A stretch of DNA of 64,000 nucleotides, taken from Candidatus Campbellbacteria bacterium RIFOXYC2_FULL_35_25 (GTDB lineage Bacteria > Patescibacteriota > Minisyncoccia > Phycocordibacterales > UBA12079). Location: NCBI GenBank assembly GCA_001774495.1, contig MFAE01000006.1:5356-69355 (forward strand). Direction: 5' to 3'. Position 1 is the first letter of the stretch. Every line of letters begins with the position of its first letter. The notes below the pieces were generated by a model. It saw only the letters and a list, made by a program, of their open reading frames with translations. It did not search any database and had not been told where the DNA came from. This document shows, piece by piece, positions 37,949 through 47,472 of this stretch. The translations under genes were made by a program, and so were the position numbers.

Positions 37949-38521
37949 TTATTTCACAGGCTCCCAATCAAAAATTGTAGCGAAACCCGTCTCTTCCTCA
38001 TATACCAACGTTTGGCAAAGAGGAATATCAACCTTCAACTGAACGGAAAAGACATGGAAGCTATACTCCGTCACCAAATCTGGATAAGTTGGGCTTTTTT
38101 TTACCCGACAAAAACCTTTTCCTTGGCTCAAAGTATCTGCTCCCCCACACATAAGTGCGACAGGAAATTCTTCTTTGAGGGCTCTCAGTGCTGCAACCTT
38201 AGGGTCCTCATCAGTCTTGACCATCTCGCCAATGGAAGCATCGAGTTTCCTCTCGCGGATTCTTCCATCCTTAAGAATCTGCATTTTTTCAACAAGAACC
38301 ATAGACTGATCCTTACTAAAAACAAACATTGCCACAACAGTGACGCAACGTTTAAGGAATCCTTTTTCCTCAATAAGATAGAAATCACCGCGGTTGATAC
38401 ACCGGCACATTTCCTCCAATGTGTTTGCCTCTCCCTGCCCATAAAGAGGAACCGGGAGGAGGCATGTGTTAAGTAATTCCTTTAGCCCCTTTTCTGTAAT
38501 CTGGGTGATCTGCTCTTTCAA
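37949..38521 (-). CDS. hypothetical protein (GC-enriched), weak Nudix-like segment
   Basis: 190 aa. GEMVKTDEDPKVAALRALKEEF resembles a degenerate Nudix box, otherwise unrecognised. Confidence 0.35.
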   Translation of the reverse strand: MKEQITQITEKGLKELLNTCLLPVPLYGQGEANTLEEMCRCINRGDFYLIEEKGFLKRCVTVVAMFVFSKDQSMVLVEKMQILKDGRIRERKLDASIGEMVKTDEDPKVAALRALKEEFPVALMCGGADTLSQGKGFCRVKKSPTYPDLVTEYSFHVFSVQLKVDIPLCQTLVYEEETGFATIFDWEPVK

Positions 38522-38655
38522 AATATCCCCTCCATTTTATTTGATATCGATCTTCTTTTTTATCTAAAAACAATCTTAATTCTGCTAAGAATTATACAAT
38601 ACATAAATAAAAAAGCAAGACCTACAGTTTTGCCGGTCTTGCTCTTTTATTGTAA

Positions 38656-39537
38656 TTATTTGTTTTCTTTCTTAACTTCTTCTATATAATCTTTTAGGTT
38701 TCTTTTTTGTTCCCAACCAAGATCTTCTATTTTTGTAGTATCGACGACAGAATGCGGGCGGGTGGTTTTTGTTGCTTCTAACATTTCTATTTCTCCACCA
38801 AACATATTAGCCACATCTGTAAGAGAAAATTCTTCTTTGGCACTGATTCCAAAACCGTCCCCTTCTCCTTTTTCTCCAACTAAAATAATCCCATCTACAG
38901 TATCGTCTACATTGGTAAATGTTCTTGTTTGAGTTCCGGGAGCACGAACCTTGTAAGAAACCTTGTCTAAATAATTTTTTTTAAAAATTTCAATTACTGT
39001 CCCATACTCATCACTTCTTTCCCTGGGACCATAAACATTATAAAAATAAGTGATTGCGCAAGAAAGACCAAACCACCTTCCGTAATTCATTACCAATTCA
39101 CTATTAATGGCTTTCATCCAAGTATAGGGGGCAAGGTCACGCCCAACGACACCATCGCCTCTATCACCAACCGATTTGGTTGAAGACCCGGCATAAACAA
39201 GTTTGCATTTCTTTTTTCTCCAAAATTCTAAAACTCCAAAAGTTCCAGCAATATTCAAATCCCAAACAATTTCAGGTTCATTTAAGCTAGCTGCGACACG
39301 GGAATATTCTCCTAAATGATAAATTATATCAGGGGTTTCTGTAATATGTTTTTCTATATCTTTGGTGTGCCCTTCTCGATATTCTACTCCTTCAACATGA
39401 TTATCTTTTGACCCAGTAAAATAATTATCAAGGGAAATGACTTTATGGCCTTCTCTCACAAGTCTTTCACAAAGATGAGAACCAATGAAACCAGCTCCTC
39501 CTGTAACTAATATTAATTTTTGTTTATCATTTTCCAT
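38656..39537 (-). CDS. NAD-dependent epimerase/dehydratase (SDR family, UDP-sugar epimerase/decarboxylase-like)
   Basis: GGAGFIGSHLCERL Rossmann motif, YxxxK (YAGSSTKSV...) region. 293 aa. Confidence 0.8.
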   Translation of the reverse strand: MENDKQKLILVTGGAGFIGSHLCERLVREGHKVISLDNYFTGSKDNHVEGVEYREGHTKDIEKHITETPDIIYHLGEYSRVAASLNEPEIVWDLNIAGTFGVLEFWRKKKCKLVYAGSSTKSVGDRGDGVVGRDLAPYTWMKAINSELVMNYGRWFGLSCAITYFYNVYGPRERSDEYGTVIEIFKKNYLDKVSYKVRAPGTQTRTFTNVDDTVDGIILVGEKGEGDGFGISAKEEFSLTDVANMFGGEIEMLEATKTTRPHSVVDTTKIEDLGWEQKRNLKDYIEEVKKENK

Positions 39538-39617
39538 ATAAATTAAGTAAAAAGTTTGTAATGTTATAAAGTTCGCAAAGTCTTTTTAATGAACCTTAGA
39601 AACTTTCTAACTACTTT

Positions 39618-41120
39618 TTAGTCTATTATTTTAAAGTCATCAGCACTTAACGTTTCTTCTTCAAGACTAATTTCTTCAGTCATTTTTCTTGAAAAGAGAA
39701 TTCCAACGACTGAAATCAGTATAAGTCCCATAAGTAAAAAAGTCCACTTATTAAATAAATTCAAACCATCTACAGCACCGCCAACAAAAGCTATCTGACT
39801 CTTATTAAAATCTTCAATTTGTGAGTACTCGGTACCCACAATTTCTTTCTTTACTGGTTCACTTTCTGCAGAAACTTCAGGTATCCCCAAAATACCGTTT
39901 CCCTCGGCCCTACTTGTGGGGTTAGCCTCCAAGTTGGCTTTACTTGGGGGTTTAACTCCCAAGTTATTTTTTATTAAAGGATTGGCGACAATTTTCCCAT
40001 ACTGGAAAACGGTTTCTCCGTTTGGATATAATAGGAAAGTTTGATTTATATCAGGGAAATTTAATCCTGTTATTTTTGAAGGTAATATCATTTTTTTATT
40101 AGCCAAAATAATTGTGTCTTTTGGCAAAGTAAAATAATTATTTTCAGACTTAATCATCCACCAAGATAAATTTAACTCGTAGTTAGAATTATTTTGTAAC
40201 TCTAAAAATCCCTTTTCATTGTCTATATTAGAAATAATAATATCAGCGGGCAATGCTTTCACCACGATTCTATCACTAGCAGAATATTTTCCAGAAGAAA
40301 TATTCAAAACCACAACGTATTCGCCAGGATATTGATAATTATGCAAAACATTTTCCCCTTCCTTTGTGTCTCCATCACCAAAACTCCAAACGTAGCGAGC
40401 ATTTTGTAATGGTTCTTTTTCTAAACCAACAGCCAATGCTTCAAAAACAGAGCTGGCCCCCACGATTACATTTTTATCATTTCCAATATCAACAAGAATT
40501 CTTTTTTTCATTAAATCTTCTGTCTCTACCACAAGAGACATTTCACCAGAAACGGTTGCTGCTTCTACCAAAGAGGCTTCTTCATTAAGACTATTTGGCT
40601 GACCGAGAGTCGGACTAACACTTAACCAACTACTACCAACTAACTGAAGAGAATTTCCATCACCATTGGCCCCCATTTCTTTATTGTAAGTAGCAGAGTC
40701 AACCTCAGCTTCATTGATAAGACTTAACGTATCTGTGGTATTACCCAAACTCATAACTGTATCAATAACTGTCCCATTAAAACTTGGGTGTTCACTTCGA
40801 AATAACTCTGCATCACCAGAAAGAATTGCAAAACTACCTGCCCCGATAATTAAAGAGCCCTGCCCACCATTCTTTGGTGGCTCATTTAAATTATGACTAC
40901 TCCCGTCATTAAATTTCCAACCAGTTAGATCAACATCTTCATTTCCATTATTCCAAATTTCAATCCATTCTCTGCCGTCATCTGACCCCTCTATGTCATA
41001 CATTATTTCATTGATAACAATCTGAGCATTCGCAATATTCCCCCAAAATAAAACAAAAACAAAGATAAAACTAAATTTAATCTTTGCTTTCATTTTATTT
41101 CTTTCCAAAATTCTCGTCAT
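39618..41120 (-). CDS. lamin-tail-domain (LTD) surface protein with signal peptide and C-terminal TM anchor
   Basis: Signal peptide MKAKIKFSFIFVFVLFWGNIANA. LTD signature VINEIMYDIEGSDDGREWIEIWNNGNEDVDLTGWKF and a second LTD-like copy. C-terminal hydrophobic anchor. Confidence 0.7.
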   Translation of the reverse strand: MTRILERNKMKAKIKFSFIFVFVLFWGNIANAQIVINEIMYDIEGSDDGREWIEIWNNGNEDVDLTGWKFNDGSSHNLNEPPKNGGQGSLIIGAGSFAILSGDAELFRSEHPSFNGTVIDTVMSLGNTTDTLSLINEAEVDSATYNKEMGANGDGNSLQLVGSSWLSVSPTLGQPNSLNEEASLVEAATVSGEMSLVVETEDLMKKRILVDIGNDKNVIVGASSVFEALAVGLEKEPLQNARYVWSFGDGDTKEGENVLHNYQYPGEYVVVLNISSGKYSASDRIVVKALPADIIISNIDNEKGFLELQNNSNYELNLSWWMIKSENNYFTLPKDTIILANKKMILPSKITGLNFPDINQTFLLYPNGETVFQYGKIVANPLIKNNLGVKPPSKANLEANPTSRAEGNGILGIPEVSAESEPVKKEIVGTEYSQIEDFNKSQIAFVGGAVDGLNLFNKWTFLLMGLILISVVGILFSRKMTEEISLEEETLSADDFKIID

Positions 41121-41156
41121 AACTCAAAAATTCAAAGTCTCTTCTACAAGAAGAAT

Positions 41157-42953
41157 TTAACTTCCCAAAATCTCTCTCAAAATTTTTTCAGGAACTTCTC
41201 TTAATTCCTCTTCCTTTTTGGGAATAGAGGCTTTTTTGTCTTCCTCAGCCTCTTTTAAAGCTTTTTTTAAAGTTTCTTTTAATTTCTCTTTATTCGACTT
41301 TTCGATGTCTTTATTTAAAGTGTCTTGCTTCTCCAATATCTTTTTCTTCTCTCCTACGTCTTCTCCCTTAGTCCTTGAAATACTATCCATTGCACCACTC
41401 AAGGCCTCTTTAAGTGAATTTTTTCCCTCTAATACCGGCCTTTTGGCAGAAGATGGGGTTGTAGGTGTCATTGGTGTTGGTGTTACCTTTGCGGTTGTCG
41501 GCATCGCTTTTGTCGCTGTGGTAGTAGTAGTGGTAGTAGTTGTTGTTGGCGCTTTATTTGCCGAATACTTCTGGCTGTTTCCTTCAAACCTTTTTTGAGG
41601 GGCACCTTCACTAGGCTTCGCTCCCTCTTTCTCGTTAGAAACAACCTTCTTAACCTTGAATGATTTTTCGTGCCAATCTTTTATTTCTTTCTCTACTTCA
41701 GTCTTAGGCCGAGTAAAACGATTTCTAGAAGCAGCAACAATCTCATCCCGAAAAGAGATGCCTTGTTTCTTTATTGGAGGAAGTGTTCTTGCTGAAAAAG
41801 GAGTAGAGCCAACTCCGTCAATCATTAACTTTAAATAGATTTGAGCGAAACCAAGATTAACAATATCATCCATAAGAAAAACTGGCGAAAATTCTTTTTC
41901 AAATATTTCAGCATCAAATGACCCTACTCGGAAAACAATCATAGTCCCGACGTTTCCAAAAACAGCAAAACGAACCACCTCAGGCATTTGCTCAATATAT
42001 TGGTGAGCCATTGTTAAATTTAGTTTATATTTTCTAGCCTGAGATAAAATATCAGCGAAGGAATCATTGGCGAGGTTCTGAAACTCATCTATGTGTAAAT
42101 AAAAATTGGGGTGTTGGGCTAACTCACCCGGAGATAAATCGGCTCTACTCATTGCCGCTAAAAATATTTTTGTTGTCATCATAGAGCCGAGTAAATTTGC
42201 ATTTGACTCCCCAATTTGACCAATGGATAGATTTATCAAAAGGATTTTTCTAGTATCCATAACATTCCTAAAATCAAAAGAAGATTTAACTTGTCCTACA
42301 ATATTTCTGATAATTGAATTTGATGTAAACTGCCCTACTTTATTCAAAACAGCCGAATATGCATCTTTTCTGTATCTATCATCCCAAGCTGCATATTCTT
42401 TTTCCCAAAAGGCTTTAACCGAGGGGTCAGTAACATAGCTGACGACCTCTTTTTGGAAGTCATTATCAGTAAACATCCTTGGCATAGATAACATTGTAGA
42501 ATTTGGGTACTCCAAAAGAGCCAAAATTGTATTGCTGGTGATGTGTTCCATCCTGTCAGAAAAAGTTTCTTCTCCCCAAATCTTTTTAAAGGAAGATAAA
42601 AGACCTTGGGCAACTAGGTGCCTTTTTTCAGGGTCAACATTTTCCATAACGTTGAAAGCAATAGGATGTTCTGTATCAAAAGGAGCAAAATAAATAACAT
42701 CATCTATTCTATTTTCTGGAACGTAATCTAAAAACTTATCTATGGAACCTCCGTGTGGGTCAATAAAGGCAATCCCATTACCATCCAAAATATCCTGCGC
42801 TGCCATATTTTCTAGGAGAGTAGATTTTCCCATTCCTGTCTTTCCTATAACATAAACGTGGCGGGCTCTGTCTAATGCTTTTATTCCAAAAGGAGTTTTT
42901 TTGTTACGAAAATCAGTTTCCGCAAAATATGTAATTTTGTTAAGATCTTCCAT
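41157..42953 (-). CDS. type IV secretion coupling-protein-like ATPase (TraG/TraD/VirD4-like, T4SS-DNA_transf type) with Thr/Pro-rich C-terminal tail
   Basis: Walker A GKTGMGKST, IDPHGG, Walker B HIDEFQNL. C-terminal low-complexity APTTTTTTTTTTATK...TPTPMTPTTPS and a KE-rich tail. Confidence 0.6.
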   Translation of the reverse strand: MEDLNKITYFAETDFRNKKTPFGIKALDRARHVYVIGKTGMGKSTLLENMAAQDILDGNGIAFIDPHGGSIDKFLDYVPENRIDDVIYFAPFDTEHPIAFNVMENVDPEKRHLVAQGLLSSFKKIWGEETFSDRMEHITSNTILALLEYPNSTMLSMPRMFTDNDFQKEVVSYVTDPSVKAFWEKEYAAWDDRYRKDAYSAVLNKVGQFTSNSIIRNIVGQVKSSFDFRNVMDTRKILLINLSIGQIGESNANLLGSMMTTKIFLAAMSRADLSPGELAQHPNFYLHIDEFQNLANDSFADILSQARKYKLNLTMAHQYIEQMPEVVRFAVFGNVGTMIVFRVGSFDAEIFEKEFSPVFLMDDIVNLGFAQIYLKLMIDGVGSTPFSARTLPPIKKQGISFRDEIVAASRNRFTRPKTEVEKEIKDWHEKSFKVKKVVSNEKEGAKPSEGAPQKRFEGNSQKYSANKAPTTTTTTTTTTATKAMPTTAKVTPTPMTPTTPSSAKRPVLEGKNSLKEALSGAMDSISRTKGEDVGEKKKILEKQDTLNKDIEKSNKEKLKETLKKALKEAEEDKKASIPKKEEELREVPEKILREILGS

Positions 42954-43067
42954 ACCTATTAGTATAAAGTTAAAAGGAGAAAGTTAAAAGGGGGAAAATT
43001 GAATTAAAAAATAAACAAAAAACAAACACTCCTGTGTTTGTTTTTTGTTTTCTCTCTTCTTAATTTT

Positions 43068-46000
43068 CTACTGGTTGTAAACATCACAAAAGACTTTCCT
43101 GGTCATAGGGCCAAAGACTCCGTAACCGGTAGTTGCTTCTGTTCCTGAACAAACAACATCATATTTACACTGGTATCTTTGAACAGCTTTGATAGTTAAA
43201 TTTCCGTAATAGCCCGAGTTTATCCCTTTGGGATAAATCTTCTTGTCTAGGGATAAAATTTCTTGTAACTTTTTGACTTGTTCATTTTCCATACCGTAGG
43301 AGAGGGTGGCATTAAAGTATTGTGAGCAAGTCAAACCATCAATTAGTTTTGTTCCTACTGGGTTAACGATTGGGGTTTGGTCTGTTGTGGAAGTAGCAAT
43401 ACTAAAACTAATATTAGCGTCTGTAGTATTAGTATTCCCGACTGTATCTCTGCACTTAATGTAATAATTATGATTACCGTTACTTAATCTACTAATTATA
43501 GCACTGTGAGTATCCCCACTGGCTGTCATTGTTCCTGTCATTGAATCGTAGGCAGTGTTAGCTACTGTGCTGTATTTACAAATGGCTGTTTCATTCGTTG
43601 TGACAGAAAGAATGGTTGAGGTTGTGCCTGCTGGTAATATGCCCGTTGGAATTAAAGAAGAAATAACAGGGGGAACGGTGTCAGTGATCCCTCCACCAAC
43701 AGTAGCTGTGTTTGAATAGGCGCCTAGATTACCCGCCATATCAAAAGCTTTCACAGAATAGGTGTAGTTTGTGTTGGGTATCAGAGCCGTGTCTGAATAA
43801 AAATTAGTTATGGTTGTTGTAAGGGAATTTGTTGGTGTACAAGAAGTCCCGGCACACCTGTATATGTGGTAACCAGCTACCCCTAGATCGTCAGTTGCTG
43901 AAACCCAAGTTAAATTGATTTGGGAAGAAGAAATTGAAGTTGCTTGTAATCTAGCAGGAGCCGATGGAGCGATGGTATCAACCCAAGCGGAATCGTACTC
44001 ATCATTATCTTCTGCAGAAGCACATCCAGGATCAATAGGATAATCTATTTTTCCATCAGAATCATTATCTATTCCATCGTTACATTGATAAATCCCACTT
44101 AGGGCGCAAGTCTGAGTTCCTGTTGTTATTGGTTTAGTTGCTGTGGTACCACAACTGTTAGCATCTGTGCAAGTTCTTGTCTGAGTTTGTGAGTTGTTGG
44201 AACAAACCCCCCAAGCACTCCAAGAGGAGCATGTCCAAGCTTCGATACAAACAGGGGGAGTATAAATACAAGATTGAGTCAAGACTGGTGAGCCTCCAAC
44301 ACACCCTGTTGGAGTTGAAGATATAATTGTTCTTGATTGTGTTCCATTAGATTGGCAAGTTCCGAAAGTAGAATAGGTGAAGTTAGTGCAGGTGACAGGT
44401 GAAGTAATTGTATATTTTTCCAACCAATTTTCTGCTGACCAACCGTCAGGAGCACTGTCGTAATTCACTTGCCACCACCAGTAACCATCACTAGATACAG
44501 GACCTCCAATAATTGTCCCTAACAAACCAACGGCTTGGGTACCTAAATAAGTTCCCGAAGGTGTAGCGCGGACGTTGAGAGTAGTGGTTGTTTTGGCACG
44601 ATCGTTAATAGCTAGTTTTGTGGAAGCTACCAAAGTAGCTGTGCAAGCTTGTGTTTGAGTAACGGACGGTTTGTTCGTAGTAGTGCCACAACTATTGACA
44701 TCGGTGCAAGCCCTGGTTTGGGTTCGGGAACTATTGTTGCAAGCGGACCAAGCACTCCAAACAGAACACGACCATGATTCGGTGCAAGTAGCAGATGAAG
44801 TGGTTAGGTATTTTTCTAAATATTGTTCCACTGACCAACCGTCAGGAGCATTGTCGTAATTCACTTGCCACCACCAGTAACCATCACTAGATACAGGACC
44901 TCCAATAATTGTCCCAAAAGCCCCTAGAACTTGAGAACCCAAGAGTGTTCCTGTTATTGAAGGAGTGGCACGGACATTAAGAGTGGTTGTTGTTTTAACG
45001 TTGTCATTGATAGCTAGTTTGGTGGAAACTGTTGGGGTAATTGTACAAGACTGAGTGGTCACTGGTGAGCCACCGGTACAACCTGTCGGGGAGGAAGTAA
45101 TAACGGTTCTTGTTTGAGTATTGTTGGATTGACAGGTATTCCAGCTTGAATAGGTGAAAGAGGTGCAGGTGGTAGGAGTTGGGGTTGGATTGATAGCAGA
45201 ACTAGATGGCATCCCGTCCCGTACTTCCCAATCATCAACTTGTCTAGAAAATGTACCTGTCTCTTCTGCATCAATAGATGGGGCAGCCACATAATAAACA
45301 TTATTAGGTGTCCAAACTCCGTCTGCATAATCGGCATCCAACTTTAAAGTACCATCGTACCAGAATTTACTAATCCCTGTAGAAAATTTAATATAGAATT
45401 CGTAATGATGCCATTTTCCGTCAGTCATATTAGGAGTGCCAATGTATTTACTCAACTCTATCATTGTCCCATTGCCTTTGGCAGAGTAATATATTGTACC
45501 ATCATTCATCATTGTGTAGTGAACATAACTTTGAACACCATTCCAATGAGGATAAAATAATTTGAAATTTTCAAAAGTATCGGTGCTTGTGAAATTTGGA
45601 TACCGCATCCAAAAAGACACGTGCATCTCATCTGATGGCCAAGGAGATGGGATATTATTCTTCCAAACAAGATGGGCCGAATTCACATTTCCAGAACTAA
45701 ATGAATATCCAGTTCCATTCCGGCCTACAGCATTAAGATTATAGTCTGGAGGAGAAAGCACAGACCAGTTTGGTCCATACACAATTAATCTACTGTCAAC
45801 CTCTTGGTCATCAAAATTTTCCTGAAAAAGAAGAGAGGAGCCAGAAACAGTAGCAGAAGTACAAGCTTGCGATCCAGTTGTGGTTGGTTTACTTGTGGTT
45901 GTACCACAACTATTGACATCGGTGCAAGCCCTGGTTTGGGTTTGGGAACTATTGTTGCAAGCGGACCAAGCACTCCAAACAGAACACGACCATGATTCGG

Positions 46001-47225
46001 TGCAAGTAGCAGATGAAGTGGTTAGGTATTTTTCTAAATATTGTTCCACTGACCAACCGTCAGGAGCATTGTCGTAATTCACTTGCCACCACCAGTAACC
46101 ATCACTAGATACAGGACCTCCAATAATTGTCCCAAAAGCCCCTAGAACTTGAGAACCCAAGAGTGTTCCTGTTATTGAAGGAGTGGCACGGACATTAAGA
46201 GTGGTGGTTGTTTTGACACGATCGTTAATAGCTAGTTTTGTGGAAACTGTCTGGGAAGTGGTGCAAGATTGGGTTTGGGTGGTGATTGGTTTACTGGTGG
46301 TGGTGCCACAAGAGTTGGCATCGGTGCAGGTTTTGGTTTGAGATTGGGAGTTATTGGTGCAAGTGGACCAAGCGCTCCAAGAGGTGCACGACCATGATTC
46401 GGTGCAGATGGTAGATGGAGGGGTAGTTGATATGGATGATGACATAAACGCAAATGGAGGAAGTCCATCCCAAACCTCATAATCATCAATCGCCCATCCT
46501 CCATGACCATCCGCAGAGTCACATGTCGCTTTCAAAGCAGGAGACCTGTCAAGTCCCGCGCCATTATAATGCCCGGTTATTATATTGTTCCTATCAGAAA
46601 CTATTTCATTATTAATAGCCATCACGAAATGACCATCGGGATTGCTATGGCTTGTTCCGGATGAAAGTTTCATATAAATCTCGACCTTCATCCAATCGCC
46701 ACGAGTATAACTGGCTCCAAACCAATCACTGCCTATTGGTGTCCCAGATCCTCCCTGCCACACCAACCCCACTCCCGTATCTGAAAAAGAGGTGAATGCT
46801 ATCTCCGTGTGTCCTAAACTTCCACCATCAAACCAAAGTTGTTTGGTGTTATAGTATGTATTTCCTACACAATTGGAATAATTTGCATCAAACTTCACCC
46901 AATATTTTATATATAACTCATCCGTTGCAGGAAAGGGCGATGAAGGAAATGCAATATTAAGATCACCACCACTATCATCTAAATTATGCGTGCTCCATGC
47001 TGCAAGGCCCGTATGCCCCGGCACATAAGTTACTATATGGTCAGGATTGCTCGGATGATTATACCAATATTCATACGCGTGGATATAGCCCAACGAATCA
47101 GTAAGGTTGTTTTCAAAATCCACTTTGCTGATTTGATTGGCGGCCTGGCTAACTTCTGTCTTGAATAGAAAAATTCCAACAATGAAAATAATAACTAAAG
47201 AATACCTGGTTATTTTTTTTGTCAT
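43068..47225 (-). CDS. giant secreted multidomain surface protein: ConA-like jelly-roll x2, thrombospondin-type-1-like Cys repeats x4-6, SH3b x3, FN3, C-terminal peptidoglycan-binding domain
   Basis: Signal peptide. Repeats CTESWSC.VWSAWSACNNSSQTQTRACTD.NSCG (WSxWS...RxRxC, TSP1-like), SH3b units (LNVRATPSITGTLLG...WWWQVNYD), FN3 (PSAPARLQATSISSSQINLTW), and a PG_binding_1-like segment (LSYGMENEQVKKLQEIL). Confidence 0.6.
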   Translation of the reverse strand: MTKKITRYSLVIIFIVGIFLFKTEVSQAANQISKVDFENNLTDSLGYIHAYEYWYNHPSNPDHIVTYVPGHTGLAAWSTHNLDDSGGDLNIAFPSSPFPATDELYIKYWVKFDANYSNCVGNTYYNTKQLWFDGGSLGHTEIAFTSFSDTGVGLVWQGGSGTPIGSDWFGASYTRGDWMKVEIYMKLSSGTSHSNPDGHFVMAINNEIVSDRNNIITGHYNGAGLDRSPALKATCDSADGHGGWAIDDYEVWDGLPPFAFMSSSISTTPPSTICTESWSCTSWSAWSTCTNNSQSQTKTCTDANSCGTTTSKPITTQTQSCTTSQTVSTKLAINDRVKTTTTLNVRATPSITGTLLGSQVLGAFGTIIGGPVSSDGYWWWQVNYDNAPDGWSVEQYLEKYLTTSSATCTESWSCSVWSAWSACNNSSQTQTRACTDVNSCGTTTSKPTTTGSQACTSATVSGSSLLFQENFDDQEVDSRLIVYGPNWSVLSPPDYNLNAVGRNGTGYSFSSGNVNSAHLVWKNNIPSPWPSDEMHVSFWMRYPNFTSTDTFENFKLFYPHWNGVQSYVHYTMMNDGTIYYSAKGNGTMIELSKYIGTPNMTDGKWHHYEFYIKFSTGISKFWYDGTLKLDADYADGVWTPNNVYYVAAPSIDAEETGTFSRQVDDWEVRDGMPSSSAINPTPTPTTCTSFTYSSWNTCQSNNTQTRTVITSSPTGCTGGSPVTTQSCTITPTVSTKLAINDNVKTTTTLNVRATPSITGTLLGSQVLGAFGTIIGGPVSSDGYWWWQVNYDNAPDGWSVEQYLEKYLTTSSATCTESWSCSVWSAWSACNNSSRTQTRACTDVNSCGTTTNKPSVTQTQACTATLVASTKLAINDRAKTTTTLNVRATPSGTYLGTQAVGLLGTIIGGPVSSDGYWWWQVNYDSAPDGWSAENWLEKYTITSPVTCTNFTYSTFGTCQSNGTQSRTIISSTPTGCVGGSPVLTQSCIYTPPVCIEAWTCSSWSAWGVCSNNSQTQTRTCTDANSCGTTATKPITTGTQTCALSGIYQCNDGIDNDSDGKIDYPIDPGCASAEDNDEYDSAWVDTIAPSAPARLQATSISSSQINLTWVSATDDLGVAGYHIYRCAGTSCTPTNSLTTTITNFYSDTALIPNTNYTYSVKAFDMAGNLGAYSNTATVGGGITDTVPPVISSLIPTGILPAGTTSTILSVTTNETAICKYSTVANTAYDSMTGTMTASGDTHSAIISRLSNGNHNYYIKCRDTVGNTNTTDANISFSIATSTTDQTPIVNPVGTKLIDGLTCSQYFNATLSYGMENEQVKKLQEILSLDKKIYPKGINSGYYGNLTIKAVQRYQCKYDVVCSGTEATTGYGVFGPMTRKVFCDVYNQ
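44440..46270. repeat. intragenic tandem duplication: about 1.2-kb period, about 315 bp near-identical (44687-45000 vs 45893-46206), plus a diverged third copy
   Basis: ORF-track frames 44671..44859 and 45880..46077 translate to identical 62-aa peptides 1209 nt apart. Direct reading shows only a few mismatches across about 315 bp. Confidence 0.8.
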
Positions 47226-47472
47226 ATTTTATTTCCCTTTTTTAAATAGCTCTATGCTAAACAAGAGTGTATTCAAAAAATTTATAGTTTTTAAATGTTC
47301 ACACTATTAATAGTATTAATGATATCACTTCCTTCCAAATTAGTGGGGGGGTTATCCACAATACAAAATTGGGTCGGCCTAACAAGCAAAAAACTCTTTT
47401 GTTTCAAAAACGTTTATATCCTCTCTTTTAAATTATAAAAGGGAATGACTTACAAAAATAAATAAGTTTAAT

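Noticed and set aside
43068-47225. Possible CRISPR or other non-coding repeat array suggested by long near-identical DNA repeats
   Set aside because: The repeats are in frame within one 1385-aa ORF and encode repeated protein domains. There are no short regular spacers and no cas genes.
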